NCBI GenBank assembly: GCA_964511375.1
Contig: CAZEEW010000006.1
Coordinates: 279-64,278 of the forward strand
Source of the DNA: an uncultured Gammaproteobacteria bacterium
Lineage (GTDB): Bacteria > Patescibacteriota > Patescibacteriia > Magasanikbacterales > GWA2-37-8
DNA length: 64,000 nt
Direction of reading: 5' to 3'
Shown here: one piece after another, positions 22,126 through 31,011 of the stretch
Numbering within the stretch: the stretch's first letter is position 1
Layout of the letters: each line of letters opens with the position of its first letter
Notes under the pieces: model-generated
Told to the model about the DNA's origin: nothing
What the model saw: only the letters and a program-made list of their open reading frames with translations
Databases searched by the model: none
Position numbers and translations under genes: made by a program

Positions 22126-22518
22126 CTACATCTTTTGTAGGTTAACTTTTTCCAGCAGCTTATTAATTTGATCAGTTAACTTGCTCATTGGTGCCGTAAT
22201 GCAATATTTATTGCAATACTGGCATTTATTTTTAGTACCAGCGCAAGGTGTTAACTGACAGTGATCGTCCATGACATCCATTATTTTTTTTAGATTTATT
22301 TTGTTCACTGGCATAGATAATTTATAACCGCCATTCATGCCGTGCGCAGATTCAATCAGTTTACCTAAACGCAACTTTCTTGCAACTTTTTGTAAAAAAA
22401 GAAAGGAAATTTTTGTTTCTTCGGCGATATCTTGTAAACTTATGTATTTGCCAGGGCTTTTTGCCAAGCGCTTTAACAACTGTACTGCCAAATCCGTCTC
22501 CTTGCGAAGGGCTAACAT
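22126..22518 (-). CDS. Rrf2-family transcriptional regulator (IscR-like)
   Basis: wHTH ISLQDIAEETKISFLFLQKVARKL plus three-Cys cluster-binding motif. Confidence 0.75.
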   Translation of the reverse strand: MLALRKETDLAVQLLKRLAKSPGKYISLQDIAEETKISFLFLQKVARKLRLGKLIESAHGMNGGYKLSMPVNKINLKKIMDVMDDHCQLTPCAGTKNKCQYCNKYCITAPMSKLTDQINKLLEKVNLQKM

Positions 22519-22530
22519 ATATATGGTTAA

Positions 22531-23121
22531 TTAAATTGGTAAAGTAAAATTAATATTGTTATTTTTTTCACCGTCTACCCTCGCTACAGGTTGAAAATTT
22601 ACAGCGAACGGTACAATCTCACCATTTAAGGTTTTGTAAAAAAGTTGGTTATTGGTCCGACCGAAATCATAGATTTCTTTAGTAATACGAACATCCTGTT
22701 CGCAATACTTTTTAATTTCATCTATTTTACCCTCTTTCCACCAGCGGATAGCCTGGAGACCATCTGCACTTTTTTGCACATCGTCTAAAGTAGCAATTGC
22801 CAAATCATTTAGTTTTAATCGAATTCCGATGCTGTCTTTTACGGCCGCCATGAGATCTAAATGTGGGAAGGTCAAAAGATCACCAGGGTAATAATTATTT
22901 AAAACCGGAAGATCGAAGTGGGCACTATTGTAACCAATAATACGGTCAGCCTTTTCAAAGATGGGCCAAAGCTGGCCTAATTCGGCTTCAGTAAAGCTCT
23001 GGTACTCGTTTGTATCTGTGCGATACAAAGAAACCACGGACACCCGCAGTTTCTTGAAGTCGTTGTCAACCTCAGCAAAAGTATTTTGTGTTTCGATGTC
23101 AAAAACTACTTCGTACGCCAT
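22531..23121 (-). CDS. DEDDy-type 3'-5' exonuclease
   Basis: Exo I VFDIETQ, Exo II YNSAHFDLPVL, Exo III YCEQDV motifs. Confidence 0.65.
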   Translation of the reverse strand: MAYEVVFDIETQNTFAEVDNDFKKLRVSVVSLYRTDTNEYQSFTEAELGQLWPIFEKADRIIGYNSAHFDLPVLNNYYPGDLLTFPHLDLMAAVKDSIGIRLKLNDLAIATLDDVQKSADGLQAIRWWKEGKIDEIKKYCEQDVRITKEIYDFGRTNNQLFYKTLNGEIVPFAVNFQPVARVDGEKNNNINFTLPI

Positions 23122-23149
23122 AATTTGTACCTATATGGTATGAGATAAT

Positions 23150-24394
23150 TTAAGCCTTGTCAAGTGAGGATAAAAAGTCCGAGATTTTAATAAGCTTAGC
23201 GCTTTCTCCGCTTCGTGCCTTGTATTCTAAGGATTCTTCGGCTAGTGTCTTTTTAGACACTACTAAACGATGAGGAATACCAATAAGATCAGCATCAGCA
23301 AACTTTTCTCCGGCCGTTGGTCCTTCCCGGTCATCATACAATACTTCTAGTCCCAAGTAACATAATTGAGTATATAATTCCTCAGCGCTCTTACGCACCA
23401 GCTCATCTCCACCTAAGACCACGAGGTGGTATTTAAAAGGCGCAACTGTTTCTGGCCAGATGATACCTTTGTTGTCATGGCTCACTTCTACCAAAGTACC
23501 CATAATGCGCGACGGACCCATTCCGTAACATCCCATCTCCACTAAATGTTCTTTCCCGTCTTTATCTGCATAATTAAAACCGAATGGCTCGCTAAAGCGA
23601 GTACGGAGTTTAAAAATATTACCTACCTCAATCCCCTTTTTTTCTTTTAAATCTACATTACCGCATTCGGGACAGGTCTTTTGTTCTTCAATTATTTCTT
23701 TGTTGATCGCAACTTTACATTTTTCACATAAATAAATTGTATCCTCACCACTTTCACACAGGGTCTGGAATTCATGTGAATATTTACTAAATACACCCCC
23801 AGAAGCAAAGGTCAAAACAGTTTTTTCTTCCAAGCCAAGCCGTTCATATGCTTTGAAATATGCTTGTTTGACTTTTTCGTAATATTTGTCTAAATCTGCT
23901 TCATCTACGTGAAAAGAATACAAGTCCTTCATGTTGAATTCCCGACCGCGTAAAATACCGGACTTTGCTCGTGGTTCGTTTCGAAATTTATTTTGAATTT
24001 GGTAAACAGCTTGTGGTAAATCTTGGTAAGAAAAAGTATATTTCTTTACCAAAGGCGTCACAATCTCTTCATGAGTAGGATTTAAAAAATATACAGCTTC
24101 ACTTGGTCCAGTGGTTCGGAAAAGTATATCCATACCATCACGGCCAGTTGTTTTGTAGTTTTCTTCTTGAGTTAAGGTGGGCATGAGAATTTCATTTGCC
24201 CCAACTGCATTCATTTCCTCACGAATAATATTTTGAATTTTATTTAAAACTCGAAGACCTAAGGGTAAATAGTTGTATACCCCAGCCATTTGCTTGGAGA
24301 TATACCCGGCTTGGATTAAAAACTTAGCATTAATACTATCTTCATCTGAAGATATGGTCTTACTGGTCTTTCCAAATATCTGTGAATAACGCAT
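23150..24394 (-). CDS. proS: prolyl-tRNA synthetase (short form lacking the INS editing domain)
   Basis: N-terminus MRYSQIFG...AKFLIQAGYI...GVYNYLPLGLRVLNKI aligns to ProRS; class II motif 2 FRNEPRAKSGILRGREF. Confidence 0.8.
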   Translation of the reverse strand: MRYSQIFGKTSKTISSDEDSINAKFLIQAGYISKQMAGVYNYLPLGLRVLNKIQNIIREEMNAVGANEILMPTLTQEENYKTTGRDGMDILFRTTGPSEAVYFLNPTHEEIVTPLVKKYTFSYQDLPQAVYQIQNKFRNEPRAKSGILRGREFNMKDLYSFHVDEADLDKYYEKVKQAYFKAYERLGLEEKTVLTFASGGVFSKYSHEFQTLCESGEDTIYLCEKCKVAINKEIIEEQKTCPECGNVDLKEKKGIEVGNIFKLRTRFSEPFGFNYADKDGKEHLVEMGCYGMGPSRIMGTLVEVSHDNKGIIWPETVAPFKYHLVVLGGDELVRKSAEELYTQLCYLGLEVLYDDREGPTAGEKFADADLIGIPHRLVVSKKTLAEESLEYKARSGESAKLIKISDFLSSLDKA

Positions 24395-24480
24395 ATATAG
24401 AGCTTAAAAACATGGCTAAATTATACCGAATAACACTGAATTAGTCAAAACTACGTAAAATAATTATACACAAAAAAATG

Positions 24481-24509
24481 TTGACGATTACCTACTTTTC
24501 CGGTATATT
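24481..24509 (+). promoter_or_regulatory. sigma70-like promoter TTGACG-17-TATATT driving the GC-rich cassette 1
   Basis: Near-consensus hexamers with 17-nt spacer, about 125 nt upstream of the ATG. Confidence 0.45.
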
Positions 24510-24534
24510 ATTCGACTGTTCTTTTACAAGCACA

Positions 24535-24586
24535 CCGAGGCGAGCTCTAAGTGGACATCTCTATGCCCCTTTAGAGCTCACCTCGG
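24535..24586 (+). promoter_or_regulatory. 5'UTR hairpin: 16-bp inverted repeat CCGAGGCGAGCTCTAA/TTAGAGCTCACCTCGG with 20-nt loop
   Basis: Read directly; sits between promoter and RBS AAAGGAG. Confidence 0.4.
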
Positions 24587-24634
24587 AACAGATTCAAGGT
24601 TGAGCGCAGAATACCGCAGCGGAAAGGAGAATAC

Positions 24635-25066
24635 ATGCACCGCTGCGACGCCGTTCTGATCTCGTGTTTCGACTGGCGCATCCGGCGTCGGGTAGACGCC
24701 TGGATGCAATCGCAGGGTTACTTCACTTACGATCCCCTGCCGTATCCGGGGATCGTTGGTGTGATCAACTCTCCAACCTGCCCTGAAGGTCGGGAATTCG
24801 TGTTCCAGGGCGTGGCGAAGTCCCTCCGGCTCCATGCGCCCCACGACATCGTCGTCGTCACCCACGACGACTGTGGGGCGTTCGAGAGGTTCTTCTCCTC
24901 GCCTGAGGAAGAACGCTCATTCCACCACGAGCAGCTGCGCCTCGCGGCTGCTCTCATTCGGGCGCGCTGGCCCGAAGGGCCGGCGATTCGCCTGCTGTAC
25001 CTGACCGGTACGGCGTCCGTCGTGGACGCCAACACCGGTCATATCACGGTCGAGGAGCTGTCCTAG
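24635..25066 (+). CDS. beta-carbonic-anhydrase-like small protein (143 aa), GC-rich foreign-looking gene
   Basis: CxDxR (SCFDWR) and HxxCG (HDDCGA) beta-CA zinc-ligand motifs; AAAGGAG RBS 5 nt upstream; GC3-biased codons unlike host. Confidence 0.55.
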   Translation: MHRCDAVLISCFDWRIRRRVDAWMQSQGYFTYDPLPYPGIVGVINSPTCPEGREFVFQGVAKSLRLHAPHDIVVVTHDDCGAFERFFSSPEEERSFHHEQLRLAAALIRARWPEGPAIRLLYLTGTASVVDANTGHITVEELS

Positions 25067-25206
25067 CCCTCGACCTCTCCTGCCTTGGCCCGCTCCGGGC
25101 CAGCTCCATTTGGGCCCGGCGTCGTTCTTCGGCTCCTGGTCTCAAGAGAATGTATTTTAAATGTATCTTCTTGAGAGCCGAAGAAAATGTGCTTTAAAGA
25201 TACAGT

Positions 25207-25237
25207 AAAACACTCCTTTTTTAGGGAGTGTTTTGTT
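25207..25237. terminator. rho-independent terminator hairpin AAAACACTCC-loop-GGAGTGTTTT + T-run, shared by cassette 1 (+) and uppP (-)
   Basis: Perfect 10-bp stem then TTGTT; lies between two convergent genes. Confidence 0.55.
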
Positions 25238-25251
25238 ATATTTTTAAAGTA

Positions 25252-26028
25252 TTAAATAAACAGGATAATTAACCAGATACTAGCCAGGATTATCCTATAC
25301 CACCCAAAGCCTTCAAAAGTATGGTTTTTAATAAAGCGAAGCAGAAACTTAATCGCAAAGAGAGCAACGATGAAAGAGGTAACAAAACCAAATGCTAAAG
25401 TCACCCACTCGCTTTGACTAAAGGCAAAGTTAGATTTTATAAGATCAAGGCCAGTGGCAGCCGCCATAGTTGGCACTGCTAAAAGAAAAGAAAATTCAAT
25501 AATCGTTTTTCTGTTTAGCCCTAAAAGCAAACCTCCAATAATTGTTGCCGCCGCCCGGGAAACACCAGGCACAATAGCTAATGACTGGAACAGACCAATA
25601 AGACCAGCCTGTTTGTATGATATATCTTCTAAGTTATTTTCTGGTAGTTGCGGCTTCTTTGAATACCATTTTTCAAATATGATCATAAGTATACCGCCGA
25701 CCAATAGGGCTACCAACACGACGATTGTGTTGCCAAGCAAAAATTTTTTAATCAGAGAATAAAAAATTAGACCAATAATTGCCGTTGGTACAAACGCGGT
25801 TGCTACTTTTAAAAATAACGTTCGGCTTGACCAAATTTTGTTCCAGTAAAGTACCACGACAGATAATATAGCCCCTAGTTGGATAGCAATTTCAAAACTT
25901 TTCCAAAATTCGGTATCGGGAAGATTCAATAAATTTGCCGTCAAAGTTAAATGGCCGGTAGAAGAAATAGGTAAGAATTCCGTAATCCCCTCAACTATCC
26001 CGAGAATAATCGCCTGGATGTGCATCAT
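25252..26028 (-). CDS. uppP: undecaprenyl-diphosphatase
   Basis: BacA signature GxxEGxTEFLPISSTGH. Confidence 0.85.
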   Translation of the reverse strand: MMHIQAIILGIVEGITEFLPISSTGHLTLTANLLNLPDTEFWKSFEIAIQLGAILSVVVLYWNKIWSSRTLFLKVATAFVPTAIIGLIFYSLIKKFLLGNTIVVLVALLVGGILMIIFEKWYSKKPQLPENNLEDISYKQAGLIGLFQSLAIVPGVSRAAATIIGGLLLGLNRKTIIEFSFLLAVPTMAAATGLDLIKSNFAFSQSEWVTLAFGFVTSFIVALFAIKFLLRFIKNHTFEGFGWYRIILASIWLIILFI

Positions 26029-26458
26029 AATGTTTTAAATCACGTAAATGATGTATTTGCTCTATGATTTGCCGTATTAGGTCACTAATAATTACTCTTA
26101 TTTGTACCACATTAATTCCCATGGTTTCAAAGCGCTTAGCGAATATTTTTTGCGTACCCTCGATCGCTACTCTGACTCTTTCTAATTTAGTTTTAACCAT
26201 TTCGAAAATATCTATCTCACTATATTCTAGATTAGCCTCCCGCCTCTGGCCATATTCCGTATCAATCATTCTTACCAAGTCAATAAACTTCAGATCTTTT
26301 AGCAAACCAACAGTACGAATGGTATCTGAAGAAAAAAGCGTCTCTAACTCTTGTTCAATAAAGTGACCGGCACGAGCAATTTCTGTTGGAGATTGCTCAC
26401 GCAGAGCGTCTAAGTGACTAGGTTTCTTCTCTGACATATTATAAATTGAATTTTTCAA
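25991..26458 (-). CDS. hypothetical protein
   Basis: ORF track only. Confidence 0.35.
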   Translation of the reverse strand: MKNSIYNMSEKKPSHLDALREQSPTEIARAGHFIEQELETLFSSDTIRTVGLLKDLKFIDLVRMIDTEYGQRREANLEYSEIDIFEMVKTKLERVRVAIEGTQKIFAKRFETMGINVVQIRVIISDLIRQIIEQIHHLRDLKHYDAHPGDYSRDS

Positions 26459-27758
26459 AGTGTAACTGGTTTTTATTTACACCAATAGCTAAAACTTCAG
26501 CCAAAAGTTTTTTGGTCATAGCTGCTGGTCCGCACAAATAAATATCTCGCTCTTTTAAATCCGGTACTAAACGAGAAATTTTTTCCCGGTCAATATTTCC
26601 CTTTTCACCAGGGTATTTTTCGTCGCCACTAATAACATACACCACCTTTAAACTTGGATACCTGACCTTTAATTCCTCTAATTCGTCTTTAAAGATTATT
26701 TCGTTCTCAGTGCGATTCCCGTACAAAAGAACAACATCTTGTTTCTTTTTGCCTAATACTTCGACAAGGGATCGGAGTGGTGTAATGCCAACTCCTCCAG
26801 CCGCGAATAGGAACTTACCACTTTGGCCAAAATTGGCTGTAAATACGCCGTGAGGGCCATCGACTATAACCTTCGTGCCAATTTTAATTTGTTCAACTTT
26901 ATTTGAAAAGTCCCCTAAACTTTTTATGGTAATCCGGATATATCCACCGTTAGGTGCAGCAGAATAGGAATACGGGTGTTTTTCGAACCAAAACCCTTTC
27001 TGGTAAAAACGGTAGAAAGCAAATTGACCGGCTTCAAACAAATATTCCCCCATTCGTTTCCCGGTTATATATATAGACACTGTGCTAGGTGTTTCACGAA
27101 CTATCTTTTGCACAGTAAAATCATGCTTCCAAAATAAATAGACCGGTCGTACAAAACGGTAGCCAACTAAATTACCAAACACAAAAGCATACAAAAAGTA
27201 CCAATAGCCCTGGAAAGCCTCATTTTGTAAACTGCTTCCTAATTCAATCTGGTGGCCAAAAGCTAAAAGAATCGCGAAGTAAGTAAAGAGGTGCGTGAAA
27301 TACCACCATTCATATTTTAATCTTTTACGAACAATGGCAATCGACAAAATGACAATACTAATTAAAAGTACTAGCGCCACAATAGCGCTCAAAGTGTCTT
27401 CAAAAACGAAAATGAACTGGTATAACTGTCGCCAAATTGACCAGCTACTTAAAAGTGAATATGCGAATAAAATAAGTAAACCATGAGCTACCACAAACAG
27501 CAACCCAAAGAAACCATTGTAGTGGTGTAGATTAGCTAACTTATCTAACCCAATGTATTTTTCCATCCATTTAACTCTGCCGATCAAAAGCAGTTGCCAA
27601 AGAATTAAGTATACCCCCAAGAGGCCAGATAATCTCCCAAATGCTATGAGGGTACTTTCAAGGTCCGTGCCAACCAAACTCCAAGAACTCTTCGACCAAA
27701 AGTAAAAGATGGGAAGAACTAAGATACTGGCTAAAAGATAAAACGGACTACGATGCAT
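26439..27758 (-). CDS. ferric-reductase-like transmembrane domain fused to FAD/NAD(P)-binding oxidoreductase domain
   Basis: N-terminal 6-TM His-containing domain, C-terminal FNR-like RxYS/GxGxxP pattern (RFYQKGFW..., FAAGGVGITP); start taken at internal MHRSPF to avoid overlap with MFS gene. Confidence 0.55.
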   Translation of the reverse strand: MHRSPFYLLASILVLPIFYFWSKSSWSLVGTDLESTLIAFGRLSGLLGVYLILWQLLLIGRVKWMEKYIGLDKLANLHHYNGFFGLLFVVAHGLLILFAYSLLSSWSIWRQLYQFIFVFEDTLSAIVALVLLISIVILSIAIVRKRLKYEWWYFTHLFTYFAILLAFGHQIELGSSLQNEAFQGYWYFLYAFVFGNLVGYRFVRPVYLFWKHDFTVQKIVRETPSTVSIYITGKRMGEYLFEAGQFAFYRFYQKGFWFEKHPYSYSAAPNGGYIRITIKSLGDFSNKVEQIKIGTKVIVDGPHGVFTANFGQSGKFLFAAGGVGITPLRSLVEVLGKKKQDVVLLYGNRTENEIIFKDELEELKVRYPSLKVVYVISGDEKYPGEKGNIDREKISRLVPDLKERDIYLCGPAAMTKKLLAEVLAIGVNKNQLHFEKFNL

Positions 27759-28962
27759 AGCTTTTATTACGTAAGAGGAACATGAATAAAATCGCTGCCA
27801 AGGCGGCAGTAAAGGCACCAAGATAAAAAGGTGTGGCTGGACTTACATATTTCCAAAGTAACCCCGCTAAAGTTGAGGCGACAAAAGTTAAAAGACCGGT
27901 CAAAGTCAGGTAGGCTCCGATCGCGGTGCCTATTCGCTCTTTTGGAACTAACTCAGAAATGTAGGCCTTGCTTATGCCGTCCGTTAAGCCCATGTAGATT
28001 CCGTACAGGGGGAATAAAAACCAGACCCAGAAAGTGGAGTTAATCAAACCAAAAAATAGATACACAAGAGCAAATAACCAAAATCCAGCCGTTAGCACCT
28101 TGCGTGGACCAATTTTATCACTTAACCAACCTGCGGGATACGAGGATAAGAAATAAGTTACATTGAAAGTAACATAGGCAGTGACCGTCCAAGTAACAGC
28201 TAAACCCAAGTTATTTGCACGCAAAATGAGAAAAGCATCTGAGCTATTGCCAATCGCAAACAGGGCGCTCACCAACAAAAACAGCTTTAAACGAGTATCC
28301 ATGGTTTTCCAATTAAACCTAAAGGGTTTTTCCTCTTTAGGTTTAGCAATCCCCAATTCTTCAGCGCTTTTACGTTTTTCTTTGACAAAAAGAACTAGTA
28401 GGGTTACCCCAATTAACGACGGTATGAAGGCAATAAAAAAAATTGTCCGGTAATTATTTGAATAAAGATGGATAAGTAAGAGCGCCAAAAGCGGCCCAAT
28501 CACTGCACCTAAGCTATCCATTGAGCGATGTAAGCCAAAGGCTCGGCCGCGATAAGCTGGGTCAACACTTTCTAGTATAAGAGCGTCACGCGCTGAGGTC
28601 CGTGTCCCCTTTCCAATCCGGTCAATAACACGAGCGAACAAAACAAAGCCCCAAGTACGCGCTAGACCGATTAATAGTTTAGACAAGGTCGAAAACGAAT
28701 AACCAGCGGTAACAAAAAGTTTACGCCGACGAATTTTGTCGGAGAACCAGCCGGAGACGACTTTTAAAATACTGGCCAAAGACTCAGCAATACCTTCAAT
28801 GATACCAATAATTGTAGCCGGTGCTCCCAAAACCAAATTTAAAAACAGTGGCATTATTGGTACGATCATTTCGGAGGCAATATCATTAAAAAGACTAACC
28901 AGACCCATTACTATGACGTTACGAGAGATTGGTTTTTGATGAGTACTTCCTTGCATAAGCAT
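27748..28962 (-). CDS. MFS transporter
   Basis: 12 TM helices, MFS loop motif GxxSDKIxRRK between TM2-3. Confidence 0.7.
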   Translation of the reverse strand: MLMQGSTHQKPISRNVIVMGLVSLFNDIASEMIVPIMPLFLNLVLGAPATIIGIIEGIAESLASILKVVSGWFSDKIRRRKLFVTAGYSFSTLSKLLIGLARTWGFVLFARVIDRIGKGTRTSARDALILESVDPAYRGRAFGLHRSMDSLGAVIGPLLALLLIHLYSNNYRTIFFIAFIPSLIGVTLLVLFVKEKRKSAEELGIAKPKEEKPFRFNWKTMDTRLKLFLLVSALFAIGNSSDAFLILRANNLGLAVTWTVTAYVTFNVTYFLSSYPAGWLSDKIGPRKVLTAGFWLFALVYLFFGLINSTFWVWFLFPLYGIYMGLTDGISKAYISELVPKERIGTAIGAYLTLTGLLTFVASTLAGLLWKYVSPATPFYLGAFTAALAAILFMFLLRNKSYAS

Positions 28963-29039
28963 TTACAATATGTGCTTATTTTATACTAAAAAAGACAGGA
29001 CTGCAACTATAGTCCTGTCTTTTGGTTTTGTATTTAGGT

Positions 29040-30350
29040 CTACTCTCGCGTACCTAATTTTAATTTAATTTTCTTTTCAGTACCTTTATGGAATATCTTT
29101 AGTTCAATTTCGTCACCTGGCTTGTGGTTAGCAACAATGTCCGCAAGGGTAAATCCTTCATTTAGTTGTTTGCCGTCAACCTCGAGAATGATATCGTTCT
29201 CTGTTAAACCAGCTTTTTCAGCTGGTGAACCAGGCATAACTGCGACATCACTTTGTTTTTCGCCGCGTGAAACTAGCATACCGTAATCATACGGCAAATT
29301 ATTTTCGTTTTTAATGCTACGGTTAATTGGGACGTAACGAACGCCGATGAACGGTACTTTATCCGCACTAATCTTGCCACTAGCCTTTACTTCATCAAAC
29401 GCCTCATGTACTTCATTGGCAGGAATAGTAAATCCAATACTTTGGGCATTAGCCATGGCTACATTCATTCCAATAACATTACCGCCAATGTCTAACAACG
29501 GTCCACCAGAATTCCCAGGATTAATCGCTGCATCAGTTTGGATTAAGCCCCTGAGTCTTTCCGGTCCACCAGCGGAGCCGCCAGCTATGATTGATCGAGA
29601 CAAACCGGAGACAACACCTTTACTAACTGTATTCGCAAATTCACCCAAAGAATAGCCAATAGCAATAGCGGTTTGGCCGACCTTAATCTTTCCGGAGTCA
29701 CCAAAAGTAAGGTAAGGTAGATTTTTCATGTCAATTTTCAAAACAGCGATGTCATTGTTTGGGTCACGAGCTAAAACTTTGGCACTTACTTTCTTACCTT
29801 GATTGTCTTTATCATTTAGTATTACGGTATATTCAGCATTCGTGTCCTCAACAACGTGCTTGTTGGTCATAATATAGCCGTCATCCGAAACCAGAAACCC
29901 TGTACCTGCCCCCACCTGTTTTAATTCTGTGCCACGTTCGCACAAAGTAGGCACATCAAACAAGCCCTCAAATCCAGGCGGAAGATTTTGAAAGCCCGGG
30001 CTTCTTTGGTAGCACTGCTCTAAGCGTGGTACTTCCGCAGAAGCCACGATACTCACAACAGCTGGTGAAGCTTTTTCAACCACACTGACTACTTGGTTAT
30101 CTTCATTAACCACGCGTACCGTAGTTCCGTCAGACTGAGTTACAGTCTCACCATCGTTATTGCCAATACCCAAGCTATTTTTAAGCCTGTCCCAGGGCGC
30201 GAAAGCAAAATCTCCTCTACCCGATTCCCTGTTTGGATTTGGTTTGCTATATGCTTGTAAGGTAAAAATTAGGACAATTACTAAAATGATAGCGCCAAAA
30301 ATCTTGATAATACTCCTTTGTGATGTATTGTTAGAATATATTTTGTCCAT
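29040..30350 (-). CDS. HtrA/DegP-family serine protease with PDZ domain
   Basis: Catalytic triad context incl. GNSGGPL, N-terminal TM anchor, C-terminal PDZ. Confidence 0.85.
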   Translation of the reverse strand: MDKIYSNNTSQRSIIKIFGAIILVIVLIFTLQAYSKPNPNRESGRGDFAFAPWDRLKNSLGIGNNDGETVTQSDGTTVRVVNEDNQVVSVVEKASPAVVSIVASAEVPRLEQCYQRSPGFQNLPPGFEGLFDVPTLCERGTELKQVGAGTGFLVSDDGYIMTNKHVVEDTNAEYTVILNDKDNQGKKVSAKVLARDPNNDIAVLKIDMKNLPYLTFGDSGKIKVGQTAIAIGYSLGEFANTVSKGVVSGLSRSIIAGGSAGGPERLRGLIQTDAAINPGNSGGPLLDIGGNVIGMNVAMANAQSIGFTIPANEVHEAFDEVKASGKISADKVPFIGVRYVPINRSIKNENNLPYDYGMLVSRGEKQSDVAVMPGSPAEKAGLTENDIILEVDGKQLNEGFTLADIVANHKPGDEIELKIFHKGTEKKIKLKLGTRE

Positions 30351-30430
30351 AGATTTTGGATTAGAAAAACCATTTGGTAATGGTTGTTAATATTCTCTTG
30401 TATATATTTTTACGCAGAATTTTTTAAGTG

Positions 30431-31000
30431 TCAACTACTGGTGGGCTTGACCTTTTTCCAGTAGTTCAAACGCTCGAGAGCCATGTAGACAGCCACAACG
30501 GATAAGCTATCCGCATGGTATTTATTATTAATTAGCGGCAACACCTTATCAAGCGGTAGCAAACTTACGGTAATATCTTCACTCGGCTCTAAGGTTTGCT
30601 GCCCCACCCATTCCGCATCTTTGGCCAGATAGATATGGGCGCTATTACTGCTCCATTTACCTAGGTGGACCCGACCTAGCTTTTCCCACTTTTTAGATGC
30701 GTAGCCAGTTTCCTCGCGCAGTTCACGTTTAGCAGCAGCGAGCAAGGATCCACCTTCCGAATAACCAGCAGGAAGATCGGCTACCTTCTTCCCTTCATAA
30801 ATATGGTGTTGGTAGATAATGACGACCTCCTCCTTTTTTGTTAAGGCGAATATTACGACAATCTCTGGGCCAACCGAGAAGTAGAATTCACTTTCGCAGC
30901 CATCAGGTCGACAAACTGTCCAGACGTCGATCTGGCGCCAAGGATTTTTAAAGGCGACACCTTTTTTTAACACCTTCCACTTATTATTACGTTTTACCAT
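30431..31000 (-). CDS. NUDIX hydrolase
   Basis: Nudix box GGSLLAAAKRELREETGY. Confidence 0.75.
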   Translation of the reverse strand: MVKRNNKWKVLKKGVAFKNPWRQIDVWTVCRPDGCESEFYFSVGPEIVVIFALTKKEEVVIIYQHHIYEGKKVADLPAGYSEGGSLLAAAKRELREETGYASKKWEKLGRVHLGKWSSNSAHIYLAKDAEWVGQQTLEPSEDITVSLLPLDKVLPLINNKYHADSLSVVAVYMALERLNYWKKVKPTSS

Positions 31001-31011
31001 AAGGGCTTATT

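Noticed and set aside
24578-25035. Minus-strand ORFs inside GC-rich cassette 1 (24578..24865 and 24727..25035), and similarly 46125..46475, 46286..46507, 46306..46509 and 46358..46762 in cassette 3
   Set aside because: High-GC DNA is poor in stop codons on all frames. The plus-strand frames have the RBS, promoter and recognisable motifs; the others are compositional artefacts.
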